From an uncultured archaeon (GTDB taxonomy: Archaea > Asgardarchaeota > Lokiarchaeia > Sigyniarchaeales > SOKP01): a DNA stretch of 64,000 nt. The position numbers and the translations under genes were made by a program. The stretch is from assembly GCA_964486045.1 (NCBI GenBank), contig CAZALK010000002.1:256001-320000 (forward strand), in the 5' to 3' direction. Position 1 is the stretch's first letter. Each line of letters opens with the position of its first letter. The notes below the pieces were generated by a model. That model was not told where the DNA came from, searched no databases, and worked only from the letters and a program-made list of their open reading frames with translations. This document shows, piece by piece, positions 31,341 to 41,631 of the stretch.

Positions 31341-33221
31341 CTATTTACTTATCTTTAATTCATTCAATTTCTCTTCTGTTGGTCTTCCAGTTTCCCAATC
31401 CCAACCTCTAAATTTATAGTATTTTTGTAAATTGCCTTCTAATTCAATTTTTACATCAGTAGTTTTTCCAGATTTTAAGACTTTCAGCAGATGGCTAGGT
31501 AATCTATCATCAGTCCTTGTTATCCCTAAATTACAATTTATTACTCTTTTCAAAGTATTGATTCGTTCACCAACAGTTGAAATTGATTTTACATCATAAT
31601 TAAAATTAGTCGAGGCATTTATATGTCCCACTATGTCTTCTAGACTTGGATGTGGAAAGTTACAGTTTACAGCAGAATCATCAATAGCTCTTATATCTTG
31701 CAATGCCATAACACCTTTCTCTCTTCGTTTAACTGTAGTTCTGTCTCCCCCTTGTATTTTTAATTTAGGGTAATTTATAGAACCAATCTCTACTGTAAAC
31801 CAATCACATTTTTCATGGTTGGCACCAACACAACAAGTTATATAACTTAAAGCTTGTCCGGCAAATGCTCTAGGATCATGCATAGGTACTTCCAATCCTT
31901 TTACATGAGCAGCTAAGCCTGGGTCTACTTCAAATTTCTCTGCCATTGAACGTACACCTTCAGCAAGAATATTTCCAATACCTTTTCTCTTAGAAATCAT
32001 TTCTATTAGTTTTAAAAGCAGATCCCCATTGCCCCAATGAATATCTTCAATGCTAAGATCATTTAAGTTTTGTTTTATTCTTTCAATGCCAAGCTTGTTT
32101 TCAACTAAATATATTAAGAACGCAATGCTTACACCACATGAAATTGTATCTACACCATAAACATTGCTCAAATGATTAGCTAAAATTACTTTTTTAGAAT
32201 TAAACACGCCACACAAAGGACCGAAGGCAGCAACTGACTCATATTCAGGACCATCTACCTTAATTTCTTTGCCGTTATCCTCAACGATTGTTTGTTTTCC
32301 ACACTTTAACGTACAACCAGCACATCCATAATCAAGCACCGGGTATTCTTCTCTTAACGTCTTTCCTGTTAATCTTTCTGCTAAAAACTCCGTTTCTGTA
32401 TAATAATAGGCGGGAGTATCCCCGAGTGCCATTCCTATATCAAGATAACCATTTGTACCATATAATGTATATAAAAAAGATCCTAATCTCGCGGTGGCAT
32501 CTCCTCTTAGCGCATCTTCAGCTTCTTTAATTAATACCTTTCCGATTTTATTATCATGTATTTGAACTCTACCACTTCCTATAACAGCTAAGGCTTTAAC
32601 ATTTTTCGAAGCCATAAGTGCCCCTAATCCACACCTACCAATCGCTCTTCCCTCATCATTTATCATTGCTGCATATTTCACTAAATTTTCTGCTGCTAAA
32701 CCAACGGTAACTACTCTTACTCGTTCACTATTTAAGTCTCCTTTTATAAGTTCCTGTGTTTCGTAAGTATCTTTTCCCCAATATTTACTTGCATCTTTAA
32801 ACTCAATAGTCTTATCATGAATATACAAATAAGTAGGAGATTCAGATTTTCCGGTAATGACAATTGCATCAAAACCACTATTTCGTAGTGAAATACAGAA
32901 ATATCCCCCAGAAGAACCTTCACCCCATATTTTTGTAAGAGGTGATATCCCTGTTACAGTATATCTGCCCGAAGATGGTCGAATTGTGCCCGTTACAGGT
33001 CCGGTTGCAAAGATTAAAGGATTAATTTCATGGAAAGGATCATTTTTCAAGGTTTCATAATCATTATCTGACAGTAAATCATATGTTAATTTTGCACTTA
33101 ATCCTGTTCCACCTAAATATTCCTTGGCAATTTGAGGATCTAAATCTTTAGACTCCCACTTTTTATTACTTAAATCGACATATGCGATTTTTCCATTATA
33201 ACCAATTAAATTATTACTCAT
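31341..33221 (-). CDS. aor: Aldehyde:ferredoxin oxidoreductase family protein
   Basis: ISPLT, GRCGLG, CAGCTLKC, GPEYES, GVDTIS and KGLEVPMHDPR motifs. Confidence 0.92.
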   Translation of the reverse strand: MSNNLIGYNGKIAYVDLSNKKWESKDLDPQIAKEYLGGTGLSAKLTYDLLSDNDYETLKNDPFHEINPLIFATGPVTGTIRPSSGRYTVTGISPLTKIWGEGSSGGYFCISLRNSGFDAIVITGKSESPTYLYIHDKTIEFKDASKYWGKDTYETQELIKGDLNSERVRVVTVGLAAENLVKYAAMINDEGRAIGRCGLGALMASKNVKALAVIGSGRVQIHDNKIGKVLIKEAEDALRGDATARLGSFLYTLYGTNGYLDIGMALGDTPAYYYTETEFLAERLTGKTLREEYPVLDYGCAGCTLKCGKQTIVEDNGKEIKVDGPEYESVAAFGPLCGVFNSKKVILANHLSNVYGVDTISCGVSIAFLIYLVENKLGIERIKQNLNDLSIEDIHWGNGDLLLKLIEMISKRKGIGNILAEGVRSMAEKFEVDPGLAAHVKGLEVPMHDPRAFAGQALSYITCCVGANHEKCDWFTVEIGSINYPKLKIQGGDRTTVKRREKGVMALQDIRAIDDSAVNCNFPHPSLEDIVGHINASTNFNYDVKSISTVGERINTLKRVINCNLGITRTDDRLPSHLLKVLKSGKTTDVKIELEGNLQKYYKFRGWDWETGRPTEEKLNELKISK

Positions 33222-33242
33222 AATCTTCCCTCAATGTATTTG

Positions 33243-34535
33243 TTAAAAATCTATATCTTTTCCATCCCATGCATATTCATATATTTTTTTAAAAAGATTT
33301 TTAGACATAGGTCGATAAGAAGTAAGAGCGACGGCATCATTATCAGCATATTCTGCTAATATATCAACCTTTTCTATATACTCCTCCTGAGTAATTGGTG
33401 GTTCCTTTAATTCTTTTACACAGGAGGGACCCTCAATAGAATGGATGAAATCTTTTACTGCAGCCAAAAACTCTTTTAATAACATATCTTTGTCTTTACC
33501 TTCAGTTCTAACACCAAAAACAGGACATAAATCCATCCATCTTTCTGTTACTTTTGCTTGGAACCCAACTGAATAAGGTAAAAACAGACCTACAGAAAGT
33601 CCATGATGCACCTTGAATATTTTCCCAAAACTATGACCTAAAGCATGATCAATTCCGGGCATAGTGTTTCCAAATCCAAGCCCTGCTAAAGCTGCTGCTA
33701 ATTGCATATGACTCCTAGCTTCTATATCTCCCTTTCCATATTTATAAGCACGTGGTAGATATTTTAAGGTCTCTTTTATTCCAGCTATATTCAATGCATC
33801 AGCAAGGGGGTTTCCCCAATTAGATACATAACTTCCAACAGCATGCGCAAGAACATCTAATCCAGATCCTCTTGTTAAAGAAGGAGGCATATCTTCTACA
33901 AAACTAGGATCCAAAATTGCAATATCTGGTACTATTTCGGGATTTGAGATTGTTAACTTCTTGTGAGGTGTTCTATTAGTATCCGTCAAAACGGCAGCAG
34001 GAGTTACTTCCGAACCTGTTCCTGATGTAGTAGGAATAGCTACTAAATATCTAATTTTCTTTCGTAATCCTAATGGGTCACCAATTGGTAGCATCATATG
34101 AAAGTTTGCTTCGGGTTTTTCGTATTTAATCATAATAGCTTTAGCAGCATCCATTACACTCCCTCCACCAATCGCTATTAGGACTGTAGGTTTAAATTCT
34201 TGGCATATTTTTACCCCACCATCAACATTTGCTAATGGTACTTCTGGTTCTACTCCAGAATAAATCTTATACTCTATTTCGCAAAAGTCAAGGTTTTCAG
34301 TAACTATACTAGAAAACTTTTGTGTAAAGGAATCAACAATGATTAAAGCTCTTCTATCTTTTTTATCAATAACAGCTTTAATCAATTGTGCCATCGTAAG
34401 AACCCCAGCTTTACCCATAAAAATCTTCGATGAACTAAATGTTGATGTGATACCTCTAATGGCTTTTCCCCCAAACAAACCCATCATATCCTTAACAACT
34501 TGTTGTTCATACCAAGTAGGTTGATTTTGACTCAT
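33243..34535 (-). CDS. Iron-containing alcohol dehydrogenase
   Basis: GGGSVMDAAK, PTTSGTGSE and D...H, HALGH, HGL metal ligands; co-oriented with aor. Confidence 0.9.
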   Translation of the reverse strand: MSQNQPTWYEQQVVKDMMGLFGGKAIRGITSTFSSSKIFMGKAGVLTMAQLIKAVIDKKDRRALIIVDSFTQKFSSIVTENLDFCEIEYKIYSGVEPEVPLANVDGGVKICQEFKPTVLIAIGGGSVMDAAKAIMIKYEKPEANFHMMLPIGDPLGLRKKIRYLVAIPTTSGTGSEVTPAAVLTDTNRTPHKKLTISNPEIVPDIAILDPSFVEDMPPSLTRGSGLDVLAHAVGSYVSNWGNPLADALNIAGIKETLKYLPRAYKYGKGDIEARSHMQLAAALAGLGFGNTMPGIDHALGHSFGKIFKVHHGLSVGLFLPYSVGFQAKVTERWMDLCPVFGVRTEGKDKDMLLKEFLAAVKDFIHSIEGPSCVKELKEPPITQEEYIEKVDILAEYADNDAVALTSYRPMSKNLFKKIYEYAWDGKDIDF

Positions 34536-34694
34536 ATTATATCTACTCTCTTTAATTTTTTTATTTTTTTTGGGTTTCTTTTAAAGTTGTTAATAGGTAT
34601 TAGTTAAGGTCATTAATAAATGCTTTAGGATTAAATTAATTTGCTATTGTGCATATAAATTACTAATCTAGTCAAATTCAAAGGATAGCATATT

Positions 34695-35537
34695 ATGGAT
34701 AGAGAAATTAATATTGTATCTGTTATAGGTGCGGGTTATTTGGGAAAACAAATTATTGAGAAATCACTCCTTTATAATTATAAATTTAAAGTTTTTGATA
34801 CCAATAAGGATGATTTAGACGCTTTCACAAAAAAAATGGAAGAAAAAATTAAACGTGAAAATTTAGGAAGTTCAATAACTCAATATTCTTCTATTGCTGA
34901 AGCAGTTAAGGAGGTTGATCTTGTCATTGAAGCTGTTCCTGAAAAGCTCGAGTTAAAACGTGAAATCTTCCCTAAGATAGATCAAGCTGCTTCACCTCAC
35001 ACAATTATCGCCACAAATAGTTCATCCATACCGATTTCAAAGATTGAAGACGTTGTAGAAAGAAGAGATAAGGTCATGAATATTCACTTCTACGATCTTT
35101 TTACTCTCCCTGTAGCTGATATTATGCGGGGAACTCAAACAAGTGAAGAAACCTTCGATAAGGGTAGGACTTGGTTAGAGAGTATCGAAATCACGCCCCT
35201 TGAAGTTAAAAAAGAATGTTATGGTTTTGTCATGAATCGGATTTGGAGAGCTATTAAAAAAGATTGTCTAAAGATTTGGGCGGGTGGTCATGCGGATATA
35301 GAAACTGTTGATAAGGCATGGAAATTTTTTTGTCAATTTTTCCTCAAAAATGATTATGGACCTTTCCAATTCATGGATCGGATTGGATTAGACGTAGTTC
35401 GTGATATAGAGATGTCCTACTTTAAAAATACCGGTCTCCCTGATGATAAACCACCAGACCTGTTGGATGAGATGGTTGATAGAAGCGAATTGGGGGTTAA
35501 AACGGGAAAAGGATTTTATAATTATGAAAACAAATAA
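34695..35537 (+). CDS. 3-hydroxyacyl-CoA dehydrogenase family protein
   Basis: IGAGYLG, EAVPE, TNSSS, HF, GPF..MD.IGLD and GVKTGKGFY motifs. Confidence 0.9.
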   Translation: MDREINIVSVIGAGYLGKQIIEKSLLYNYKFKVFDTNKDDLDAFTKKMEEKIKRENLGSSITQYSSIAEAVKEVDLVIEAVPEKLELKREIFPKIDQAASPHTIIATNSSSIPISKIEDVVERRDKVMNIHFYDLFTLPVADIMRGTQTSEETFDKGRTWLESIEITPLEVKKECYGFVMNRIWRAIKKDCLKIWAGGHADIETVDKAWKFFCQFFLKNDYGPFQFMDRIGLDVVRDIEMSYFKNTGLPDDKPPDLLDEMVDRSELGVKTGKGFYNYENK

Positions 35538-35602
35538 TTTTATTTCAATTTTTAATTTAAAAAAGTAATCCTTATAGTCTTTTTTTATATTTATTAATAA
35601 GA

Positions 35603-36319
35603 ATGTCAGAAAAAAGAAAACAAGAAATTCAACGGATAAAAGAACTAGAGAGTATTAATTTAGCTACAGACGATATTAGAGATCTTGTAGTTCAAACTAA
35701 AATGGAAGTAGAAAAAGATAATGAAAACCTGGCACAGCAGAATAATCAAGAACTAAAGAAGTTTAATATAAAATCAGTGGACATTGTTGGAGCTATTGGT
35801 GCTGGAAAAACTGCAATCATTGAAAAAATTGTTGAAATCTTATCCAAGAAGTATAGAATTTTAGTAATTTGTGGTGATATAACTACAAGAGTAGACGCGG
35901 ATAGAATCCAATCACATAATGCTGAAACGATTCAGATAAACACCGGTCGAGAATGTGCCTTAAATGCATATCATATTCATCAAATTATCGAAAATAAAGA
36001 TCTAAACAACTATGATTTACTATTCATTGAAAATGTGGGAAATTTGATTTGCCCGTCTGATTTTACTCTTGGTACTGATAAACGTATTACTATCGTCTCT
36101 ACAACTGAGGGAGAATGGGTTATAGAAAAGCATCCTATGCTATTTAAAATGTCTCAAGTTGCCGTTATTAATAAAATTGATTTAGCGGAGAGATTAGGAA
36201 CTGATATTCAAAAGATGATTCAGGATGCTAAAGAAATTAATCCTGAAATCCATGTTATAACTACAAGTGCTAAAACTGGGAAAAATATTGAAAAATTAAT
36301 TGAGATATTAGAATTATAA
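35603..36319 (+). CDS. hypB: HypB-type metallochaperone GTPase
   Basis: GAIGAGKT, ENVGNLICP, NKID and SAK motifs. Confidence 0.85.
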   Translation: MSEKRKQEIQRIKELESINLATDDIRDLVVQTKMEVEKDNENLAQQNNQELKKFNIKSVDIVGAIGAGKTAIIEKIVEILSKKYRILVICGDITTRVDADRIQSHNAETIQINTGRECALNAYHIHQIIENKDLNNYDLLFIENVGNLICPSDFTLGTDKRITIVSTTEGEWVIEKHPMLFKMSQVAVINKIDLAERLGTDIQKMIQDAKEINPEIHVITTSAKTGKNIEKLIEILEL

Positions 36320-36331
36320 TTCTTCTTTTAA

Positions 36332-36763
36332 ATGAGAATAATGAAAGAATTACTAAAGCAATTAGAGAATCTACTTAACGAAAAAGAAATTGATTTAGCA
36401 AAAATTAATCTATTAAAAACGAAACTTTTAAAGGACCATATTAATGGATTAAAAATAGATAATTTTATAGGGGACTACCCTACTTTCATGGAACCCGTTA
36501 TTCTTGGAGACAAAGTCAAAATAGGTGATGATGTGCTCATTGGTCCCAAGGTTTACATTGGAAATAATTCGGATATTAAGGACTATTCAGAAATTTCTAA
36601 TTGTATAGTATTTGATAATGTTACAATTGGGAATAACTTCAAATTAAATAATTGTATAGTCGTAAAAGGTAGTAAACTTAATTTTGATAATTTCAGCGAT
36701 CAGAATTGCATCTTAAAGGGAAAAGCAGAATCTAAGGAAGAGTTAGAAATAATTTTACTTTAA
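36332..36763 (+). CDS. Left-handed beta-helix (hexapeptide repeat) protein
   Basis: PVILGDKVKIGDDVLIGPKVYIG repeats, resembling the C-terminal domain of NDP-sugar synthases. Confidence 0.75.
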   Translation: MRIMKELLKQLENLLNEKEIDLAKINLLKTKLLKDHINGLKIDNFIGDYPTFMEPVILGDKVKIGDDVLIGPKVYIGNNSDIKDYSEISNCIVFDNVTIGNNFKLNNCIVVKGSKLNFDNFSDQNCILKGKAESKEELEIILL

Positions 36764-36794
36764 ATCCACGATTTAAATTTTAGGAATTTATCAA

Positions 36795-36923
36795 ACGACA
36801 CCAGGTTACGCGCAACTCGCCTCGGTGCGCTATAACAATTTGTACCATTTAACATGGAACCTTCGGTTAATGAACCAAATTGTTATTTTTATCATCGATA
36901 CCCTTCGCTGGAGTGTTGTAACC
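36795..36923. repeat. Structured palindromic intergenic element
   Basis: Perfect 11-bp inverted repeat ATAACAATTTG (36832-36842) / CAAATTGTTAT (36876-36886), a GCGCA/TGCGC hairpin (36810-36830), and imperfect end-to-end pairing. Confidence 0.55.
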
Positions 36924-36977
36924 AAATGTGAGCACTTCATTATATATTGATATTCATTTTCTAAATATTAATGTTTT

Positions 36978-37943
36978 TTGAATTCTTTTAGAATATATTA
37001 TAAAATGAAAGATAGAAGATTAGGGAAGGTAAAGAAGATTCTCCAGAAAAAAGAGGAATTTTCTGATTTAAGCAATTGGGAAATTGAAAAAATTAAAGTG
37101 GGAAATACCAGTCCGATTAAGTTAAAATTATCTATAGAAAGCACCAAGTATTTTGTTAAACTGATAAAAGATAATGAGAAACAAATTCTTAAAATCTTGA
37201 GTTCCATGAATTCGGAATTGATTCCAAAGGTAATTTATCCTGACTTGCTTGATCAAAACATTCTTTTATGCCAATTTATTGATGGAGGTACCCTTAAAAA
37301 TCGAAATCTTGATCCCGAACTAATAAAAAATTTTGCTCAAATGCAAAATCTATTGAATGATGATATATTCATAAAATGGAGCAAATTTCTAGATGGATAT
37401 ATTAGAACAAAAATAGATAATGGTATGTTCCGTAATTATGTCTTGGAAAGCATTCCTCTAGGATATGATAACTTGCTTGAACTAAAAAAATTAAGATTGG
37501 ATATCGTTGAAGATTTTCTAGAAATCTTTGATGTTTTAATAAAAAAGTCCGATTTAATCGCCCGTGAATACGCAAAAATGCCATTTGCAAGGCAACATCA
37601 TGATTTCAGAGAGGATAGTATTACTAGATCACCCCAAAAACTTGTGGATTGGGGATCTTCATATGGTCATGGTCCTTTTCTTTTTGATCTATCTCCATTT
37701 TTGTGGAAGAATCCGAAAAGTCTCAAAATCTTTATGGATAGTTCATCAATTTGTCGGAATTCGAATGAAGAGCATATTATGAGATGGTTGTTTATTGCTA
37801 CATGCTTCAGATTTATCTTAATGTGTAGATACTTTCTGTTGATTATCAGAAAAGGCTTTAAATTCAAGCAGCGCCTCGAAGAATTTTTCATTTATAACCA
37901 TGAAACATATAAAAATCTGACCGAACAGGAACATTGGATTTAA
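36978..37943 (+). CDS. Aminoglycoside/choline phosphotransferase-like kinase
   Basis: YFVK, HHDFREDS and LVDWG motifs. Confidence 0.6.
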   Translation: MNSFRIYYKMKDRRLGKVKKILQKKEEFSDLSNWEIEKIKVGNTSPIKLKLSIESTKYFVKLIKDNEKQILKILSSMNSELIPKVIYPDLLDQNILLCQFIDGGTLKNRNLDPELIKNFAQMQNLLNDDIFIKWSKFLDGYIRTKIDNGMFRNYVLESIPLGYDNLLELKKLRLDIVEDFLEIFDVLIKKSDLIAREYAKMPFARQHHDFREDSITRSPQKLVDWGSSYGHGPFLFDLSPFLWKNPKSLKIFMDSSSICRNSNEEHIMRWLFIATCFRFILMCRYFLLIIRKGFKFKQRLEEFFIYNHETYKNLTEQEHWI

Positions 37944-38010
37944 TACTGACTTTGTAGTATTCTTCAAAAAATCTATGGATATCAATAAACATTATCGAGA
38001 TTAAATCCTT

Positions 38011-38859
38011 TCATCGAAATGAAGGAATTATTTCCTCAGCAAATTGTTTTATTGTATCCGTCATTTTTGTACCTCGTTGAAAACTTGCTAGAAAATAACC
38101 TGCACCAGAATCTACAGCCTGTTCCACTTTTGTACGATATTCTTCTACATCAGGAGGTCTCATTTCTCCTGCCATGAATGAGACTTCATCAACTCGATTA
38201 TGAAATCGTGCCGATTCAATAACAATTTTCCTCATTTCCTCCGGATCACTCCCCGGCCAAGGTGGGAGAAAACAAATGTTTCCATATTGACCTACTAGTT
38301 TCAACATTCGTGTTCCTCGACTTCCAAAAAGGATTTTTGGGTAAGGTTTCTGTACAGGTTTTGGATCCAAAATCGCTCCTTTAGCTTGATAATATTTTCC
38401 TTCGAAATTAACCTCTTCTTTAGTCCATAATTGGATCATCAACTCAAGACCTTCATATGTTTTATCTACTCTCACTTTTGGCCCATTCCATTCACTATAT
38501 CCTTCAAATTCTATTTGAGACCATCCAGCACCTACTCCAACTATAGTACGTCCACCAGATAAAACATCTGCAGTTGCTATCATTTTAGCTAATACCCCTG
38601 GAGGTCGAAAAGGGACGGGGGAGACAAGTGTACCTATTTTGATATTTTCTGTTTTTGCTAATAAATATGTTATAGCTATCCATGTTTCAAGAGTTCTATT
38701 TGTATCTGGTCTAGGAAGCCAAGGTAATTTTCCCCACATATAATGATCAGGGAGTATTGCTCCATCAAAACCAGATTTATCCGCTTCTATAATAGCTTCT
38801 TCAATCATTTTATAATCATTATACCAGTTTCCTAAACCACCTAAAATGAATTTCATCAT
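38011..38859 (-). CDS. LLM-class oxidoreductase
   Basis: PDHY, IGTLVSP, LSGGR..VGVGAGW..EF and PKPVQKP motifs. Confidence 0.9.
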   Translation of the reverse strand: MMKFILGGLGNWYNDYKMIEEAIIEADKSGFDGAILPDHYMWGKLPWLPRPDTNRTLETWIAITYLLAKTENIKIGTLVSPVPFRPPGVLAKMIATADVLSGGRTIVGVGAGWSQIEFEGYSEWNGPKVRVDKTYEGLELMIQLWTKEEVNFEGKYYQAKGAILDPKPVQKPYPKILFGSRGTRMLKLVGQYGNICFLPPWPGSDPEEMRKIVIESARFHNRVDEVSFMAGEMRPPDVEEYRTKVEQAVDSGAGYFLASFQRGTKMTDTIKQFAEEIIPSFR

Positions 38860-38990
38860 ATAAATATTATATACCTCAAGTTTTATTAATTAATGGAGTA
38901 AGTTTTATCTGTCAACCTTTCCATTTTTATTTCCCCAAATGCAATCAAAATATCTTCCATCTAATTTAATAAGATTAATTGATACTTATA
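38838..38990 (+). repeat. Diverged direct repeat, copy A (left of MNT-HEPN pair)
   Basis: 21-bp exact core CACCTAAAATGAATTTCATCA (38838-38858) plus ~130 bp of collinear similarity to 39758-39910. Confidence 0.8.
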
Positions 38991-38995
38991 CAATA

Positions 38996-39343
38996 ATGAT
39001 CCATAAAGTTAGATTGCTTAAGGAGAAGCATTTAAAAGAGTTAGAACAAGAATTAAGTCGTGTAATTTCAGAATTAATTAAATTGGGTGCTATAAAAATT
39101 ATACAATTTGGATCATCCATCCGAGAGGAATTAAGCTTAACAAGTGATATTGATTTAATTGTAATCATTAAATCTGAACAAAATTTTATAGAACGATCAG
39201 CAGAAATTTATAAAAAGATAAAACCTAAAGATGTTGATTTGCTCATCTATACTCCTATTGAGTTTAAACATATGAAAGAAGAAAATTTATTTATACAACA
39301 TGTATTAAAAGAAGGAAAAATTATTCATGAGCGAATTAAGTAA
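38996..39343 (+). CDS. MNT nucleotidyltransferase antitoxin
   Basis: FGSSIR...SDIDL...VDLLIYTPIEF. Start moved to ATG 38996 because the upstream extension lies in the duplicated spacer. Confidence 0.85.
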   Translation: MIHKVRLLKEKHLKELEQELSRVISELIKLGAIKIIQFGSSIREELSLTSDIDLIVIIKSEQNFIERSAEIYKKIKPKDVDLLIYTPIEFKHMKEENLFIQHVLKEGKIIHERIK

Positions 39344-39740
39344 ACATTCTAAGGAAGCAAAAAGATGGTTTGATCAATCATTAGAAGATTTAAAGAGTGC
39401 TACAATTCTATTTGAAAATGAACGCTATTATCTCGTCTGTTTTATATCTCAACAAATTGTTGAAAAAGCTTTAAAATCTGTGATTTATTTTAATAAAGAA
39501 GATCTCGTTCTAGGGCATTCAGTTAAGAAATTGGCTGATTGGGCTGGTACTTTCGATAATAAGTTTGCAAAGTTGGGCGAAGATGTATCTATTTTAGATA
39601 GTTATTATATTCCAACTAGATATCCTAACGGACTACCAGAGGGGATACCTGCTGAAGTATTTAACAAAAAGTATGCTAAGGATGCCTTAGAATTAGCTGA
39701 AACTACTATTAAAATAGTAAAATCATATCTAAACTCATAA
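39327..39740 (+). CDS. HEPN-domain protein
   Basis: CFISQQIVEKALK...GHS...LDSYYIPTRYP. Confidence 0.88.
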   Translation: MSELSKHSKEAKRWFDQSLEDLKSATILFENERYYLVCFISQQIVEKALKSVIYFNKEDLVLGHSVKKLADWAGTFDNKFAKLGEDVSILDSYYIPTRYPNGLPEGIPAEVFNKKYAKDALELAETTIKIVKSYLNS

Positions 39741-39757
39741 AAGAAGATATGGTATTT

Positions 39758-39910
39758 CACCTAAAATGAATTTCATCACAATTGTATTTTATATCTCAAG
39801 TTTTATTTATTATTAGATTTAGTATTATTTCTCAATCTTACCCTTTTTAATTCATGAGGTGTAATACAAAATTCTTACAAATTCTTTAGTCAGATTAATT
39901 CTTACTCACG
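39758..39910 (+). repeat. Diverged direct repeat, copy B (right of MNT-HEPN pair)
   Basis: Same 21-bp core at 39758-39778; continues collinear with copy A at an offset of 920 bp. Confidence 0.8.
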
Positions 39911-39913
39911 TTA

Positions 39914-40531
39914 TTATTCAATTTTTCGCAGCATAGCCCAATACGGAATACTAGTTTCTGGAATTATTCCTTCTTCAACAATTTTAAATCCAAAATATTG
40001 ATAGAAAGTTACATTTTTTTCCTTATTAGTTTCTAAATAACAAGGTACATTTTGCTTATCAATCTCCGCAAGTTTCGTTCTTAATAATTGACCTGCATAA
40101 CCTTTACCCTGATAAACAGGATCTACACCAATAGGATATAAGTACCAATGAGAAAAATTAGCATACTTTTTATGGCATGATTCTTCACATTTGAATATAG
40201 GTTCATACCTCTTACTATACTCTTTTCCCAAACTTAAACCAAGTTCTCTACCACCACATTTATACCTCTTCTCTCGTATCATTTCAGCTTCCCAAAAAGG
40301 CAGCCAAACAGCAACTCCTTCGAGATTTGGAGAAGTACCAAATACTTCACCGAACATAATTCCATAGCGTACAAAAAACTCATAAATTTCTGGCAGTTTT
40401 ACTCTTTTTTCATATATATTAGGAAATAAGTGATCAAATGTTGGATAATCGTAGAACGCTCGAGTAAGCATTTTACCTGCTATCTTAGCTTGTTCTTCAG
40501 TTAAACGAATAAGATTATTTGATCCACTCAT
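39914..40531 (-). CDS. GNAT family N-acetyltransferase
   Basis: HWYLYPIGVDPVYQGKGYA and YLET..N..FY..FGF motifs. Confidence 0.9.
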   Translation of the reverse strand: MSGSNNLIRLTEEQAKIAGKMLTRAFYDYPTFDHLFPNIYEKRVKLPEIYEFFVRYGIMFGEVFGTSPNLEGVAVWLPFWEAEMIREKRYKCGGRELGLSLGKEYSKRYEPIFKCEESCHKKYANFSHWYLYPIGVDPVYQGKGYAGQLLRTKLAEIDKQNVPCYLETNKEKNVTFYQYFGFKIVEEGIIPETSIPYWAMLRKIE

Positions 40532-40753
40532 AATAATAAAATATATTTAAATTTGTTTTTAACATTTATTTAGGCACCAATTGAGAATTCTGAACAAGTG
40601 GAATAATGTGAACTAAGATATTTCATGTAATAAAAAATATTGAATTAAAAAATAATTATTTCAAATTCGTGAAACAGACCTTTCACGAAGATCTCAATTT
40701 ATAAGGATCGATTTGAAGTAAAATTATATATTAAAAAAATAATCTTATCATAT

Positions 40754-41137
40754 ATGCATAAGGAAGAAGTAGAGCTGTTTCTTAAACGAGCTGAAAATTT
40801 TTTGGATGGAGCCCAAGAAAGATTCCAGAAAAATGATTGGGATTTAACTTGTTTTATGGCAGAACAATCAGCTCAACTTTTTGTAAAAGCGATTATTCTT
40901 GAAAAAGGTGGAGAGCTTCCAAAAACCCATTCAATTAGAAAATTATTTGGGATGCTCTATCAATTAACCAACAACGAAATATTTAAATACGATAGAAAAG
41001 CCCTAATATTTCTCGAAAGTGCATATTTGAATACTCGATATTTTAATTTCAAGTATGAAAAGGAAGATGCTGAAGAAGCTCTAAAGATAGCAGAAGAGGT
41101 AAAAGGATATGTCAAAGATGTTAGAGATGATGATTAG
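40754..41137 (+). CDS. HEPN-domain protein
   Basis: CFMAEQSAQL.VKA...PKTHS...AYLNTRY. Confidence 0.85.
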   Translation: MHKEEVELFLKRAENFLDGAQERFQKNDWDLTCFMAEQSAQLFVKAIILEKGGELPKTHSIRKLFGMLYQLTNNEIFKYDRKALIFLESAYLNTRYFNFKYEKEDAEEALKIAEEVKGYVKDVRDDD

Positions 41138-41462
41138 GATGAGGGAGATGCTTAAAAATTATAGGGTATATTTAAAAAGGATTAATGAGAGCATTAGAAC
41201 TGTTTTAGATGATTCAGAAGTCTATTTGTTCGGCAGTATCATTGACGGAAATCTAGTCGGTGCAAGTGATATTGACATACTCATAGTCGCGGATGTCCCC
41301 AAGAAACACTTGAGAAGAGCCGAAATAATCGCTAAAATTGAGGAGAATGCAGGTTTACCTCTTAGTCATCCATTTGAATTTCATCTAATAACTGAAAATG
41401 AACTCAATACTTGGTTAAAAATTTATAAACTAAAAATTGAGAAGATCTCATCATATCTATAG
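41109..41462 (+). CDS. MNT nucleotidyltransferase antitoxin
   Basis: VYLFGS...SDIDILI...PFEFH. Confidence 0.87.
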   Translation: MSKMLEMMIRMREMLKNYRVYLKRINESIRTVLDDSEVYLFGSIIDGNLVGASDIDILIVADVPKKHLRRAEIIAKIEENAGLPLSHPFEFHLITENELNTWLKIYKLKIEKISSYL

Positions 41463-41631
41463 ATTAAAAATTATTCTTTCTGAATTCTGAATATATCGAC
41501 AAGAATATTTTCGATCATGGGGATATCTTGTAATTCAGCGACTTGATTCGTCTTAGAAAATTTTTCGAAAGTCCAGGCATATTTTTCACGTATGTCAATT
41601 ATATTTTGTTTTAAATAGGAGACTTAACTTC

